A stretch of 64,000 nucleotides of DNA from Bugula neritina (Eukaryota; Animalia; Bryozoa): positions 12,906,698 through 12,970,697 of the forward strand of contig OZ037765.1 in the NCBI GenBank assembly GCA_964035545.1, written 5' to 3'. Below the pieces are notes generated by a model. It worked only from the letters and a program-made list of their open reading frames with translations. It did not search any database and was not told the origin of the DNA. The position numbers and the translations under genes are program-made. Below are positions 27,556-40,400 of the stretch, in pieces (position 1 is the first letter of the stretch; each line of letters begins with the position of its first letter).

Positions 27556-28962
27556 CCTTTATCTGAGGTATTACATAATGGCAGCATATACTAACATTAT
27601 TTTCTTGATGAAAGCATATTATTATTATACGTATTAACTCAATCTGATTCTAGATAACTCAATAATTAATATACCATACAGTTTTAATTTGTTTGATTAA
27701 CCCACACATTGGCATCTTTAGGTTTTTAGAACTAAGAGACCTGTAAATTGTTCTGTTATAACATCAGTATATAATATTTCTTTGAGAGAAATGCTAAACC
27801 CCAACGTTTAATTCAGATAGAAAGTTTTATGCTGATGGAAAAATGTGATGAAAATCACCAGAAGCATTCGTATGTTGAGATAAAATCACTGTCTTAAATG
27901 TTTGTAAAAACTGTCATATAAATTGCAAGACATTACAAGGTCATCGTTTAATAACGCATGTAGATTTGGTATGTCTGAAAATTGAAAAGTATGGGCTACT
28001 TTAGTTATGATAGCTTGAATGTATGTAATATATGAAATAAGTGCTTATCTCAATAAGTTTATAAGTAGCAACTTATCAGATAAAAAGCATTTTGAAGAGT
28101 AACGTTTATTTAACTACTGCAAACATAACTTTAGCCAACATAAAAATGTCAGTTATAATTTAATTGGTGTGGTAATCAGTGTAATGCCAAAATTAAAAGT
28201 GATATAAAGCTATTGGACAACATTATTGATAGAGCTGCAAAGTCAATATCGTAGCAAATGTTGTAATTAAGCCTGGACTGAAAATTTACATTATAATGTC
28301 TTAAATAAAATATAATAATAATGATTAGTAGCTTAAACAGTACAGAAGATGACACAGATTTGGCAGCAGCAACCACAATCAAAGTTTAGCAAAATCAGCT
28401 GAAGAGAATTAATAGAAGCAAAATAGAAGGTGACTATTTTAAGCCAGATGTAAATAATGTAGTAAGTTATAGCAGAATCATTGATTAGTTTTGTTGATTT
28501 TCAAAAATATTTAGCAGAAAAAGAATGCAGCCTAAAAAAGAGTATATAATGGAGGCTTACATATAGAGCAATGCAATGAATCTAGCCAAAACATTTAGAT
28601 TATAACTAATTATAGCAGCATGCATTTTAATCAGCTCAATATTAACAGAAACACTATATAAAACAATATATTATACACATACATACACATGAGGATTGAT
28701 TGTAATCAATATAAAACTAATACATTTCCAATACATTTAAAATGATCTCCCATATATTTCACTGAACAAATTAATACAATAGGTTTTCACAAAAATACTC
28801 TGACAACAGAAACCAGATAATCTCCTTATTGACAGATAACGTTAAGTTACACAAGGTGCTTATCTCCTGTAAGAGAAGATGGGGCGTGGAGCAGCAGAGC
28901 ATAGTCAAACAGAAATAAACACTCAGACCACAAACAAGATAGCTATGTCAGGTGACCAAATA

Positions 28963-31900
28963 TCAGAACCGGGAGGTCGCCATAGCAATAATAAATCTGG
29001 GAACTTTAATAAAACTGGGCACCCAGGCGGCAAGCCTTGAATATCCGGCATAGTCCAGAAGATAGTTTACTTGTCTGAATGATGCCTTTTGCGTTCCTAC
29101 AACGGAACACAACCAGACACTATTACCAAAGAAATAGTAAAATCAATAGAACTTGTTAGAAGTATTTTTTTCAAATTAACACTTAATTTATTTAAATACT
29201 TAAAAATAATAACTGTGAAGCAATAAAAAGCTAAACACATGTTGAGTTACTGAATGATGGCTTGGCAAACTGCATGTATATTGTATTTTCTTTGAGAATA
29301 TCAGCAGTAATAGAATTTATCATGGGATATTTCCGTTTTGAAGTAGAAATTATTTTGTGGAAAATTTCAACTCCAACACTTACCATCAATGTCTTTAAAA
29401 CCATACTCTTGAGCTATCTCTGCACACATACAGATTAGGCCAGTTTTGTTGATGATTTTACTATCTGCAAACACATAATACTTTAATCAGAAACATCTAA
29501 CAACGTGGAGGTATTTTTATGGTTTTGTGTTACAGGGAAGAGATTTCAACAAACTCCTTATACTCCAGTTTTCACTTCAACTACGCATTTTAATAGAATG
29601 AAGCTGAATCAATAATAGTGATAGAATGTAATATGCAAGACACAAACCTGATGCAAGAGCTACAACAGCTTTCCCAGAAAACTCACAACTTTCTCCATTC
29701 ATGAATGTTTTTGAAACTTTACTTTTCTAAAAAATAATTGTAAGAGGTCTAAAAGTTAATTTCTTAAAACATTTTAAAAAGTGAAATGAGCATTTTGAAG
29801 CAGCTACTGGGTCAGTTATCTTAGTAGAAATCTCAAAAATAACGCATGGAATTAACAATACTACAACATAACTAGAGCTAAATTAATCCTCCATATTATA
29901 GGCCAGCATACATACTTCTGTAGCTAAAATGTGCTCAATATTTTCAGTAACTACAGCTCCAGGGTATAACGTCAGGCAAGTCACTCCCACTCCTTTAAGC
30001 TCCATAGCCATATCAGCAGACATCTTATCTACCTAAATACAAATTAATATCAGCTGCACAAACACCGAATATTACAGTAGGCACTGCATTATCACAGTAT
30101 GTCAATATACTTGCCGGTTACCAACTACTTAACAAAGTTACCACCAGGTTTTAGATGAATGACCACTATGGATAACAAATATTGCACAGGCACTGACTTT
30201 TGGATTATGCTGCAATGTTACTATAAATTATCTGTTATCTTACAGCATACTGGTATACCATATACCACTATACTCATATTTTAGTAACACTCAAGGTCAA
30301 CTGATAATTTCAAGTATTCTCTATAACAGAAGAGCAGTAACACTTACAGCAGCTTTGCCCACACCATATGCCACATTAAACAAGTATCTGAGGCCACCAG
30401 GAGAAGAAATGTTGATTATGATGCCTTCTTTTTTCTCACACATCATCTGAGCTGCATATGTGCTGCAGATGTAGTGATTCCTACACAAGAAGTAAATTAT
30501 TACTTGATTACAAATGTATCTCAAACTTTGTCTCCAGCAAAAGGTAGCTATACAATACTTTAACACTCATGGCAGCTCCCAACATCCCTGTTCAAAAAAT
30601 TGTACCCATTACAAAAAGTATTTGTTAATTTGCAAAGGCTATAAGAATGTTTTCAGACAACAATTATGTTTATAGAAAAATATATTTTTTTTTAAAATGC
30701 CTTCAATGTGATGATACATTGTTTATTGTGAGTGAAGTTAAAACTTGCCTTAGCCCGACTTGGTTCACAACATCCCACCATTGGCCTGGATCTTCTTCAT
30801 ATTCCCAAAACTTCTTGCCACTTTTTACTTTTTCAAATATTCCCTTTGAAAGAAAATCAACTATGAAGAAGTTAACCTTGGCTAGTTTATTGACAACCTA
30901 ACTTGTCTTCTTTGACACATACTCAAGCTGTGGATTTAACAAGTTATTGAAAATGCATTTCTTGGAATGCTAGTCTTGTGGTATTTTCCCTTTATATTTT
31001 GATTATATTGTATTGATCAATTAATGTTATAAGAACCTCTAGCACTACAACTTGACAAATCTCACTAGAAAACTAACACCAATGCACATTGCATTTTCTG
31101 TAACTTTAATGCAAGGGTTAAATGTTTTTAAAAGGATATAAATTTGAACGACCAGAAAAAATGCCAATTTTACTTTATACTACCTCAGTAAAAGCTTACC
31201 GTAACAGCAGCATATGCATTGTTCACAAGGAGATCTAATCTGCCATGATCTTTTTTGATTCTTGTAAATAAGGCCTTGACCTCTTCATCATTTGAATGGT
31301 CACAGACAACTGCTATACCCTTTCCTCCTCTGGCATCAATTTCAGTTGCTGTTTCTTTCAAACTGCCACCAACAACCGATGCTTCAGCGGAAGATGATCG
31401 CCCTAAACAATACCTTATATAGTTTAAATTTAAAGCCAACTACAAGAAGAATATTTTCAGCATTTCTGTGCAAAACCAAATAAGGTTCCTTAATAGTAAT
31501 AGTAGTTTATGCCACAGACTTAAAAGTTGAGCATAGACAGCATGATAAGATTGATCCATTACCAAACTGAGTTCTAGGCTATGATTATCTAAGGTTGGTC
31601 AAGTGATCAGATAGATAAGTATAACGTAAAAGCTGCGTGAGAGAAAACTAGTTTTATAATCTTTTAATAAATGTGGCTAGCATCTCATAGTTTATCAGTT
31701 AAGCAATAAACAAATATGAAGCATAAACTTTTTGTTATCAAATTAGCAAAATTACAAACCAGGGTAGTGGGCTAAGCATGACAAGTGATATAATAATGTA
31801 TCTGGTGGCACTTTTCTACTTCAATTTATCTGATTAGATGTAAAAGCCTAAAGCTAAAGATTACAGGACCTCATTTCAAAGTAGATCTGCAAATGAAAAG

Positions 31901-32310
31901 TATTCATCTGTGTTCTACCTGAATGCTACTTTTTTAAGTCACGCCATAACAGAAATAATATATAGTCATTTATTTATATAGTCACTTAAGATGCAAAGGT
32001 GCTGCTGGTACCAATAGTTGAATGCTCACTTGCCAATACACTATTTACTGCCTCATAGTGAACTTGAAACTGCCTAACTTATTGCGGAAAATATTTTCAT
32101 ATTATTACATTTTATACTTAAAGAAATATTGGTAGGATCATTTTAAAAATGGAAAAAAATACCAATAGGGTAATATTATTTATAAGTAGCTGATTATTCA
32201 CCTGTAATATAGACCGTAGCACCTGCTTCACCAAGCTGTACAGCTATTCCTTTACCAATACCTCGGCTGGCACCAGTTACTAAACATATTTTTCCTAATA
32301 GTGAAGACAT
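28963..32310 (-). CDS. DHRS1: DHRS1-like short-chain dehydrogenase/reductase, paralog B (canonical C-terminal tail)
   Basis: 8 exons approx. 32310-32202, 31403-31200, 30845-30749, 30480-30348, 30032-29916, 29727-29648, 29464-29383, 29097-28963. Motifs: [29 protein letters not shown], and C-terminal [23 protein letters not shown] typical of DHRS1. Confidence 0.92.
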
Positions 32311-34579
32311 TGTGACAGTGTAGCAACTGCAAAGGTTCTTCGGTAAACAAAATAATGAAGCTACAACATCATGCAAATTAGACCAAAACTATACACCACC
32401 AACTGTTAATTTCAAGAAAGCATAATATTATCATCAGAGAGGGCAGTTCCTGTTGGAAAACTAAAAAAATATTTATTCATAAAGATATTTGAATGTATTA
32501 ACTGCTCTACAAATCACATAGCTTTAGAGTCTCGACTAGCAGCAGAAAGCAGAAAACTAACAAATTGCAGAGCAATCAGGCATATGGTATGGCGATTATT
32601 ATAAATTTTTCATATCAAAATATATAATTACAATAAACTAGGATAAAAAGTAAAATGAAACAAAATAATCTATAAACTGAAATCTCAAACTAAAAATTGA
32701 ATCCAAGTTAAGCAAACTTACATTGCTGCACCTATTCTGGATTTTATTTTTAGATTTATAACTATCATTATAAATTATAACTTCCCCTAATACTTAACTT
32801 TTATTAAGTATTATTAGGTATGTGATATATTACATTCTTACATTTCCAAGAGTGTAGTATATCACATATTTTATGACAATTCAGAATAATGTATATAGCT
32901 TACATTCAAGTTAGCAAAACGTGTTTGCTGATAAATTACACTTATAGTATCCTGTGAGTATCTATGTTGTTGAGTGCCTCATTATGTATACATATAACAT
33001 TCCCAATACACAAAATACATAAATGTTTAGTTAGTGTTTATCTTTTCATTATTCATAAAAAGAGGAGTTTGATAAACACGATTACTGATCACTAAGACTG
33101 GTCACAAAACTACAAACCACATAGAATAGTTACCAAATATTGGTTTAGTGATAAAATGTACAAGTACAACAGCACAATTTCATTGCATACACAAATATAA
33201 GTATGGAAAGCAGATGATAATGGTATAAGATAATCATTGAAGTGGTAAGGTAATGACTATAGCACTCTTTTGCTTTGCACTATAGTTGATAGTTTCCACA
33301 TAAGCTTAATCTTGTTATATCAAGAGATAAGAAACTATAGTGAACAGACAACATCTTGCACCTAAAGCACTAATTTTTGGTAAGTCAGGTGATTTTTGGA
33401 ACTTTTCATTGGCTATATAGTGGATTTCTGGTCATTCACACATTGTCACAGCAGAATAATTTCCTGACAAACATTTGAATGGCTGTCCCAGCTTCCTGCT
33501 TGAAACACTATTAAATGCTTTTTGTACTATAAAGATCTCGTTATGATTATATTGCTGCTATGATTGTACAATGAGTTCAATTGATTTGACCTTTAAATAC
33601 TGTCATTTATAGTTCATTACAAGAGCGAATATTAATATGCAAACTTAGCAAATGACCAACATTGAACATATTTTGTCTAAGCTTTAAACTTTAAAAGTGA
33701 TATGACTTTAATTATATTTTCGATTATTAAATAATAAAATTACAAAATTAATAAAAATGACCACGAAAATAAATGACCTGTGTTCATGGTGACCATTTTC
33801 AAAAGTATTGTTTTTCAATATATATCCATTTTCAAAATGATACTTTTGAAATGTCTTTTTACTAAACAACAAACTCGCTCTTTTGGATTTTAAAGACTAT
33901 GAAGGTATTTTGGAGGACTGAAATTTGGTAAGAAGGACTACTAAAGCAGCATTTAGATGACAAAAACACTATAACACCTTTTTACCATAAACAACTTGTG
34001 AGATGAGAAAAGCAGTAACCATTACTAAACAGGATGTATCAGAAAGATAGAGAGGCCACTTTATATATATATAACTGCTGAAATATTTCTTTACTGACTG
34101 AGGGGATAAAATGAGATCATAAATAAAAAAAGATACCAGTAATAATGTCAAATGCTTAAAGTAGGTGTTTATTAACTGGCAGTGTTATTTCAAAATGTTA
34201 TCAATTTTTGGTAATTTATTTGGCGAATAAAGATTTTAATAAAACTATAATAACAATTTTTACTAATAGTAATCATAAAACTAATACTAATAGCAATAGT
34301 AATTTAAATCAATCTTCCAGCTTTCAGTATGAGTGTCATTAATACCATTATTGACAGTTTGTGGTGTGCTTCATTTGACTTTACTTTTTGTAAAACTGAA
34401 TTTTACATGTAAACTAGGACATAATGTGATTCTCAATCTGAATCCCTCACAACATCATTATGAATAGTCATAATAGTATTACTATTAGTAACAATAACAA
34501 TATGAGTATCAATAGATAAAGATTTAATTTTAATATGGGTCACATGACGCATTAACTTCAAGTGATCATCATCATCATC

Positions 34580-35705
34580 GGATTACTGTCATTTCGTACA
34601 CAAGTCATTTTGTTCACCGGTTGTTTCGTATACAAAATGGTTGTTTTGTACACAAACTGCTATCTATTTCGTAACCAAAATAAATAACAAATTAATCAAC
34701 TGAATAACCACTTAAATGATATTAGTTTACTTATTGATTGCATCCCAGCTCCCTCTCCCTCTCATTCTCTTTTCTAGCATGCTTTTGATGCAAAAATATA
34801 TTCATTAAGTTTAACTATGTGCTGCCATCTACTGATAACAGATAAAAATATCTTAACCAAAGTAGCAGTCCTCCTTGACATCTAGTTCTATCTACATATC
34901 ACAATCATAAATGTAAAGGATCTAACAAAGAAGCATGATAGCCCTTGTTACAAATACCACTAGAACTTTTATTTTTAGCTTTTAATGGTGATATTTGTTA
35001 TTATTAGATAGTTCATTCTCCTGTGCAGCAGTCAGCTGCCTAATAATAGGTAAAGCCTAACCGCCACCTTTGTTGAAGTCAGCTTTTAGGGTTTGACAGG
35101 AACTGATCCATCTTCCTTTATGAGGTCATTACATGTGCCCCATAGTTAGCTGACCCTAATTATAGCTAAATTTAGATGTAATTACCTTTTCTTTGTGATT
35201 GCCCTGGTATTTAAGGCAGCATTGAAACTCCAAAAAGACAGTCACTCATGTAGCCTAAGCTGAGCTACTTATTTTGTTAAGTTAAGTGACAAAGAGCTAA
35301 ATTTTGAAGATATTATAGCAAGCTCGTCAAGAGAATAAAGGTATTTTATTATTATTCTTTGCTATTTTTAACTTGATAATGCTTTATGTCTTTTATTACA
35401 ATTTTTATTGCTGTTATATTTTAATATTATATCGTGATGTTTGCTGGTATTTGAACAACTGTATTGTATGAGTTTTAGCACACCTATATGTATTCTTTAT
35501 GTTACTTGTAGTTTTTACGATTTAGAAGAAAATTAATAAAAGTGAGAGATTTGTTAAAACTTCTTCTCAGTCCGTACCAAAACCATTTTTGTGGCGAGAC
35601 CTTGCTCAACAATAAATAAGCATGCAGTGAAATGAAATGCGCAAGTTACTAATGGTACTTTAAAAGTGGGTGTGAAACGACTTGTGTACGAAATGACCCG
35701 TACCC
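34580..35705. mobile_element. non-autonomous TIR DNA transposon (MITE; possibly Mutator/Phantom-like)
   Basis: Left end GGATTACTGTCATTTCGTACACAAGTCATTT with subterminal TTTCGTA repeats. Right end AAACGACTTGTGTACGAAATGACCCGTACCC is its inverted copy. Inserted in a (CAT)n tract; no ORF. Confidence 0.75.
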
Positions 35706-35958
35706 ATCATCATCATGTGACCATCATCATTATCATACAATCACAGTGCTCATCGCATACTGACACTAACCTTAGCAACTAAGCGAGGTTATGGTGATGG
35801 CTAAATTAAAATGAAATCAACATCATGATTCATAATGATGGTAATGGTAGTCATATTGACCTTAATCATTGCCTAGAAGTAGAAGTAGATTATATCGTAG
35901 CATATTAATTTTGATTTAGACTAAAATATTAATAATAATATTACATTTACTGTCATAT

Positions 35959-36263
35959 TGTGGTGGCTCGTGGAGCTACCAGCAACACAATACGCAAGGT
36001 TGCGTATTGACCCGGAACAATGTATTAGCCAATTAGCTAAGCTGTTGGATAAGTAATAGTAGCCGCTTCGCGCTACTAGCTCAGTTGAGGATAGTGCTAT
36101 AAATTAAATAGACGTGCGTATCATTACTGTTGTACATTGGATTTTATTATGTATTCTTGTATTAAATATAACGATATCTACTCGACTTAACCGGTGAAGT
36201 TCCTCTAGTGATAAATAGACTCTCTTGGATAGCACATCAACCCTAAATCTGAAAACTATAACA
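35959..36263 (+). repeat. 5' LTR
   Basis: TGTGGTGGCTCG...AACTATAACA; TATA-like CTATAAATT; matches 43097-43401. Confidence 0.97.
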
Positions 36264-36264
36264 G

Positions 36265-36282
36265 TGGTGGCAGCGGTGGGAT
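36265..36282 (+). other. primer binding site, complementary to the tRNA-Leu 3' end
   Basis: TGGTGGCAGCGGTGGGAT, 1 nt after the LTR; reverse complement of the tRNA-Leu terminus ...AUCCCACCGCUGCCACCA. Confidence 0.9.
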
Positions 36283-36296
36283 AGTGTATATCAAAG

Positions 36297-37163
36297 ATGG
36301 AGACTGAAAGTGCTAGAATGCAACCACCCCCAGTAGAAGGTGAGCGTAGAAATGCTGTTAATCCTGTGAATCGTGAAGGAGAAGAAGCTTATAGACATTG
36401 CTTGAAAGCTCCCACCTTTACTGGGTCGGAAGATGTCGAACAATTTATACAAGAATTTAGAGAGGTAATGGAAGTTGCTAAATGGCCGCATAGAGTGGCC
36501 CTCATTCAATTGCGGAGAGCGGTGACGGAGCAAGCCAAGCCGTACGGAGTGGGAACGGACGTAGACGGCATACTGGCTGCGCTGCGGGCCCGTTTTGGCA
36601 CCTCCGTCATAGACGCTAGGACCAAGCTGGAGAGATTGTGCCGCACCCCGCGGACCTCGCTGCAAGAACATGCCGCGACGGTGAAGAAGCTGGCGCAGAT
36701 TGCATATAGCGATCTGCCAGCACAACACCAAGAGCGTTACACCTATGACGCCTTTGTACAGTCCCTAAACGACCTGGGCCTAGACCATCACCTACGAGCT
36801 AAAGGGATAACCAGAATAGAGGATGCCCTGAAGGCTGGAGAAGCTTACCTGTTGGCTACCAAAATGCATCGAGCACAAAGGAACCCACCAGTAGTTGGAG
36901 TCAGCGCTGCCAGGGCTACGACAGGCTCCGAAACCCTCCCGCTGGAAGCCGAAGTGGACCGTATGGTAGAGATGCTGGGACAATTGGTAACCATTCTGGC
37001 CGGTGCTGGCCCCGGTCAGGCCTTGCGGATGCCCCCAACACCTGTGGGGCAGGGCTGGAGTAGCGCTGATCAGGACCAGGGACAGAAAGGACGACCCCAA
37101 TACCAGGGGGCGTTAAACTGTCACGGCCCGCGGACACACTCCCTTCCCGCGGGCCGCAACTAA
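36297..37163 (+). CDS. gag: Gag (288 aa, capsid-like, no CCHC knuckle seen)
   Basis: First ORF after the PBS; KAPTFTGSEDVEQFIQEF...ALRARFG...SLQEHA...LAQIAY is a retrotransposon capsid pattern. Confidence 0.9.
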   Translation: METESARMQPPPVEGERRNAVNPVNREGEEAYRHCLKAPTFTGSEDVEQFIQEFREVMEVAKWPHRVALIQLRRAVTEQAKPYGVGTDVDGILAALRARFGTSVIDARTKLERLCRTPRTSLQEHAATVKKLAQIAYSDLPAQHQERYTYDAFVQSLNDLGLDHHLRAKGITRIEDALKAGEAYLLATKMHRAQRNPPVVGVSAARATTGSETLPLEAEVDRMVEMLGQLVTILAGAGPGQALRMPPTPVGQGWSSADQDQGQKGRPQYQGALNCHGPRTHSLPAGRN

Positions 37164-37169
37164 AGGAGT
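37112..37169 (+). promoter_or_regulatory. -1 programmed ribosomal frameshift signal (G UUA AAC + predicted pseudoknot)
   Basis: Slippery heptamer in the gag frame at 37112-37118, 5-nt spacer, 10-bp stem CGGCCCGCGG (37124-37133) / CCGCGGGCCG (37147-37156). Loop ACTCC can pair with GGAGT (37165-37169). The -1 frame is open downstream. Confidence 0.8.
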
Positions 37170-37451
37170 ATGGTGGAACGCGCCGTCGTCTGTCCGTACG
37201 GACACGGCGGAACATTCCACCCGAGTGGCAGGTACCACGCAGGACTAGTAGGCCCGCACAACGGCCCAGTACCTTCTCCCTGCCACTCGCTAACCGGTTT
37301 CACCGGTTACCTCGGGAGGAGGAGCCCGCCACTGAAATGGAGCCAGAAGGCCCAGTGGAGAGGCCCCAACCCCGCCGGCACCAACCTCGCCGCCGGAAGC
37401 CCCGTAAACCACGGGTGAAAACCCCGCCGTCCTGCCAAACCAGGACAGCAC

Positions 37452-40400
37452 ATGCGGGGGGGGGGGGGGGTGAAAGTACAACCACATGGAGAGAGCTATT
37501 TCTTACCCGGAAAGGTGGCCGGCAACGCCGTCACTTTCCTGCTCGACTCCGGTTGTACTACCAACCTTCTCAGTCGTAGAGTCTTTGAGGCACTGCCCCG
37601 CCGGGACAGGGATAGAGTACGACCGTATACTGGAGAACATGGCACCCTGGCAGACGGGTCATGTATCCCCTTTTATGGTATTATCGAGCTCTCTGGGCGT
37701 GTCCGAGATCAGGCTGTACAGGAGACCTTTATCATAGGTCAACTGGAGGAAGATGCTATCCTCGGAATGCCCTTCTTGAAGCAACACCAGTGCCGAATAG
37801 ATTTCAGTAAGTCGGTGGTGCTGATGGGCGGGCGAGAACTCGCCTGTGTGGATAAGTTTGGGCGTCCTCTGGTGGGCGGTGTTCAGGTAGTTCGGAACTG
37901 CACTGTACCCGGACGCTCCAGAGCTACTATCCACTGCCGAGTGAACAGCAACCGGATAGCCAGGCTCGGGGTCGTTGAAAGCGCGCACGAAAAGATCCAA
38001 CTCGCCAGTAGTTTAAACCGACTAACTGAGCGAGGGGAGGTCTTAGTGCAGTGCGTCAACCCCTTTACCGAGCCCATTGAGCTCCCAGCTGGGTCAATGC
38101 TGGGCCGGTTCCATTCCGTCCAGGAAGAGGACGTGGGCCCGTCGCTGGGTGACGCGACGGAGGCACCCCCTCGATACCCTATTCAGGGACGAGGGGCAGT
38201 CCCAACACATCTCCGGGAGTTATACGAAACAGCCAGTGGCGGCTGCGCGAGTAACAGAGAACGCCAAGCTATGGCCAAGTTACTACGCGACTACGGTGAT
38301 GTGTTCAGCAGCGGAGAACATGACGTGGGACTGACTGGAATTGTCAGACACGAAATACCGCTGACTGCAGGGACAGTCCCTGTCCGGCAACCCACGCGCA
38401 GGCTGGGGCCGGAGAAAGAGAAGGAGGTTAGCCGACAAGTACGGGATCTTCTGGACCGGGGACTGATAGAGCCCGCCCATAGTGCGTGGAGCTCGCCAGT
38501 CGTACTGGTCCGGAAGAAAGACGGCAGTTGGCGGTTCTGTGTGGACTACCGCAAACACAATAGCGTAACCATACAGGACGCCTACCCTCTACCTCGTATT
38601 GACGAGTCATTGGACGCCCTAGCCGGCAGCAAGTACTTCAGTACGTTAGACTTGCTAAGCGGCTATTGGCAGGTTCCTCTGAGTCCCGACGCCCAAGAGA
38701 AAGCGGCGTTCATCACACGGGACGGTTTGTGGAAGTGGAAGGTGCTGCCCTTCGGGTTAACCTCCGCCCCAGCCACCTTCCAGAGGCTGATGGAACAAGT
38801 CCTTAGCGGACTCCATTGGAAGACACTGCTGGTCTACCTCGATGATGTCATCGTAATCTCTCCAGACTTCGAGACACATGTCAGTCGTCTGCAGGAGGTT
38901 TTCGAGAGACTCCGAGGTGCCGGTCTTAAGCTCAAACCTTCCAAGTGCGCTCTGTTGCAGCCGGAGGTCAAGTACCTGGGGCACGTTGTCGGTCGAAACG
39001 GCGTGGCAACGGATCCCGAAAAGGTACGGGCAGTAGAAGACTGGGTCACCCCCCAAGACTTGACCGGACTCCGGGCTTTCTTGGGGCTGGTAGGGTATTA
39101 CAGGCAATACATACCAGACTTTGCGGGCATAGCCCAGCCGTTAAACCGGCTTACCGCAAAGGGAGTGACGTGGCAGTGGACTCCAGTCGAACAAGAAGCG
39201 TTCGACCGCCTCAAGGGCTGCCTCCTAACGGCGCCCATCTTGGCCTACCCAGACCCCACTCTGGAGTACATCCTAGACACGGACGCCAGTGACCAGAATG
39301 TTGGCGCTGTGCTGTCACAAGTGCAGGAAGGCCGAGAAGTAGTAGTAGCCTACTACAGCAAGTCTCTCTCTCCCGCTGAACGAAATTACTGCACTACCCG
39401 CAAGGAGCTGCTGGCAGTAATCAAGTCAGTGAAGCACTTCAGACCATACCTATATGGCAGGAAGTTTCGGCTGCGTACGGATCATGCCTCGCTGATTTGG
39501 TTGTGCAGGAGAGCAGAGCCCTCTAGTCAGGTCGCCCGGTGGCTCGAAATCCTAGCTGAATTCTCATACCGGATCGAACATCGACCGGGCAAGAGACACA
39601 GCAATGCGGATGGGTTGAGTCGCCGACCTGACGGAGGTTGCAAACAGTGTCTCAACATCGAGAGGAGGGATGGAGGTCCCCCGCGATGCGAGTTAGAGAC
39701 GCTGGCTCATCACGGAGCACCGTTTGACTGGGATCAAGGTCATCTCAGGCAAAGAGTTGATGAGTCCCCGGAGGATGTACAAAACCTCCGCGCCAACCCT
39801 GTACTGGCCGGTAATGTTCGAGAGCTGAAGAAGCTCCAAGAAGAGCTGCCTGGAGTCGTGGCAGACATATACCGGGCCAAACGGGAAGGGCGACGACCCA
39901 GCGAGGAACGCATACGACAGGGATGCGCCGAGTTCCGGCTATACTGTCAGCGTTGGGACTCGCTGCGGATCGGGCAGGATGGGTTGCTAACCATCTCTCT
40001 AGCTGCCAGCGGCAGACACCCGGAAAGGAAGAGGGTAGTCTGCCCCACAGCCATCCGCCGTGAGTTGATTTGGGATACTCACAAGCAGGCCCACGCAGGG
40101 GTCAAGCGAGTGATATCCAAATTACGACTCCGGTGGTATTGGCCGCAGATGGAGCGTGACGTCCGGCTCAGAGTCAAACAGTGTGAGATCTGCCAGGCCA
40201 GTAAGCATAGCCGCCCCCCTGGTGAAGCAGGACGGCGGAGGCTATATGCTGGTAGGCCCTGGCAAGTAGTCGCTGTAGACCTGGTCGGACCCATGCCCCT
40301 GACCCCCAGAGGCAATAATTGGATCCTAGTACTAACCGACCACTTTACTAGGTGGGCGGATGCTCTGGCTATCCCAGATGCATCAGCCCCAACAGTGGCC

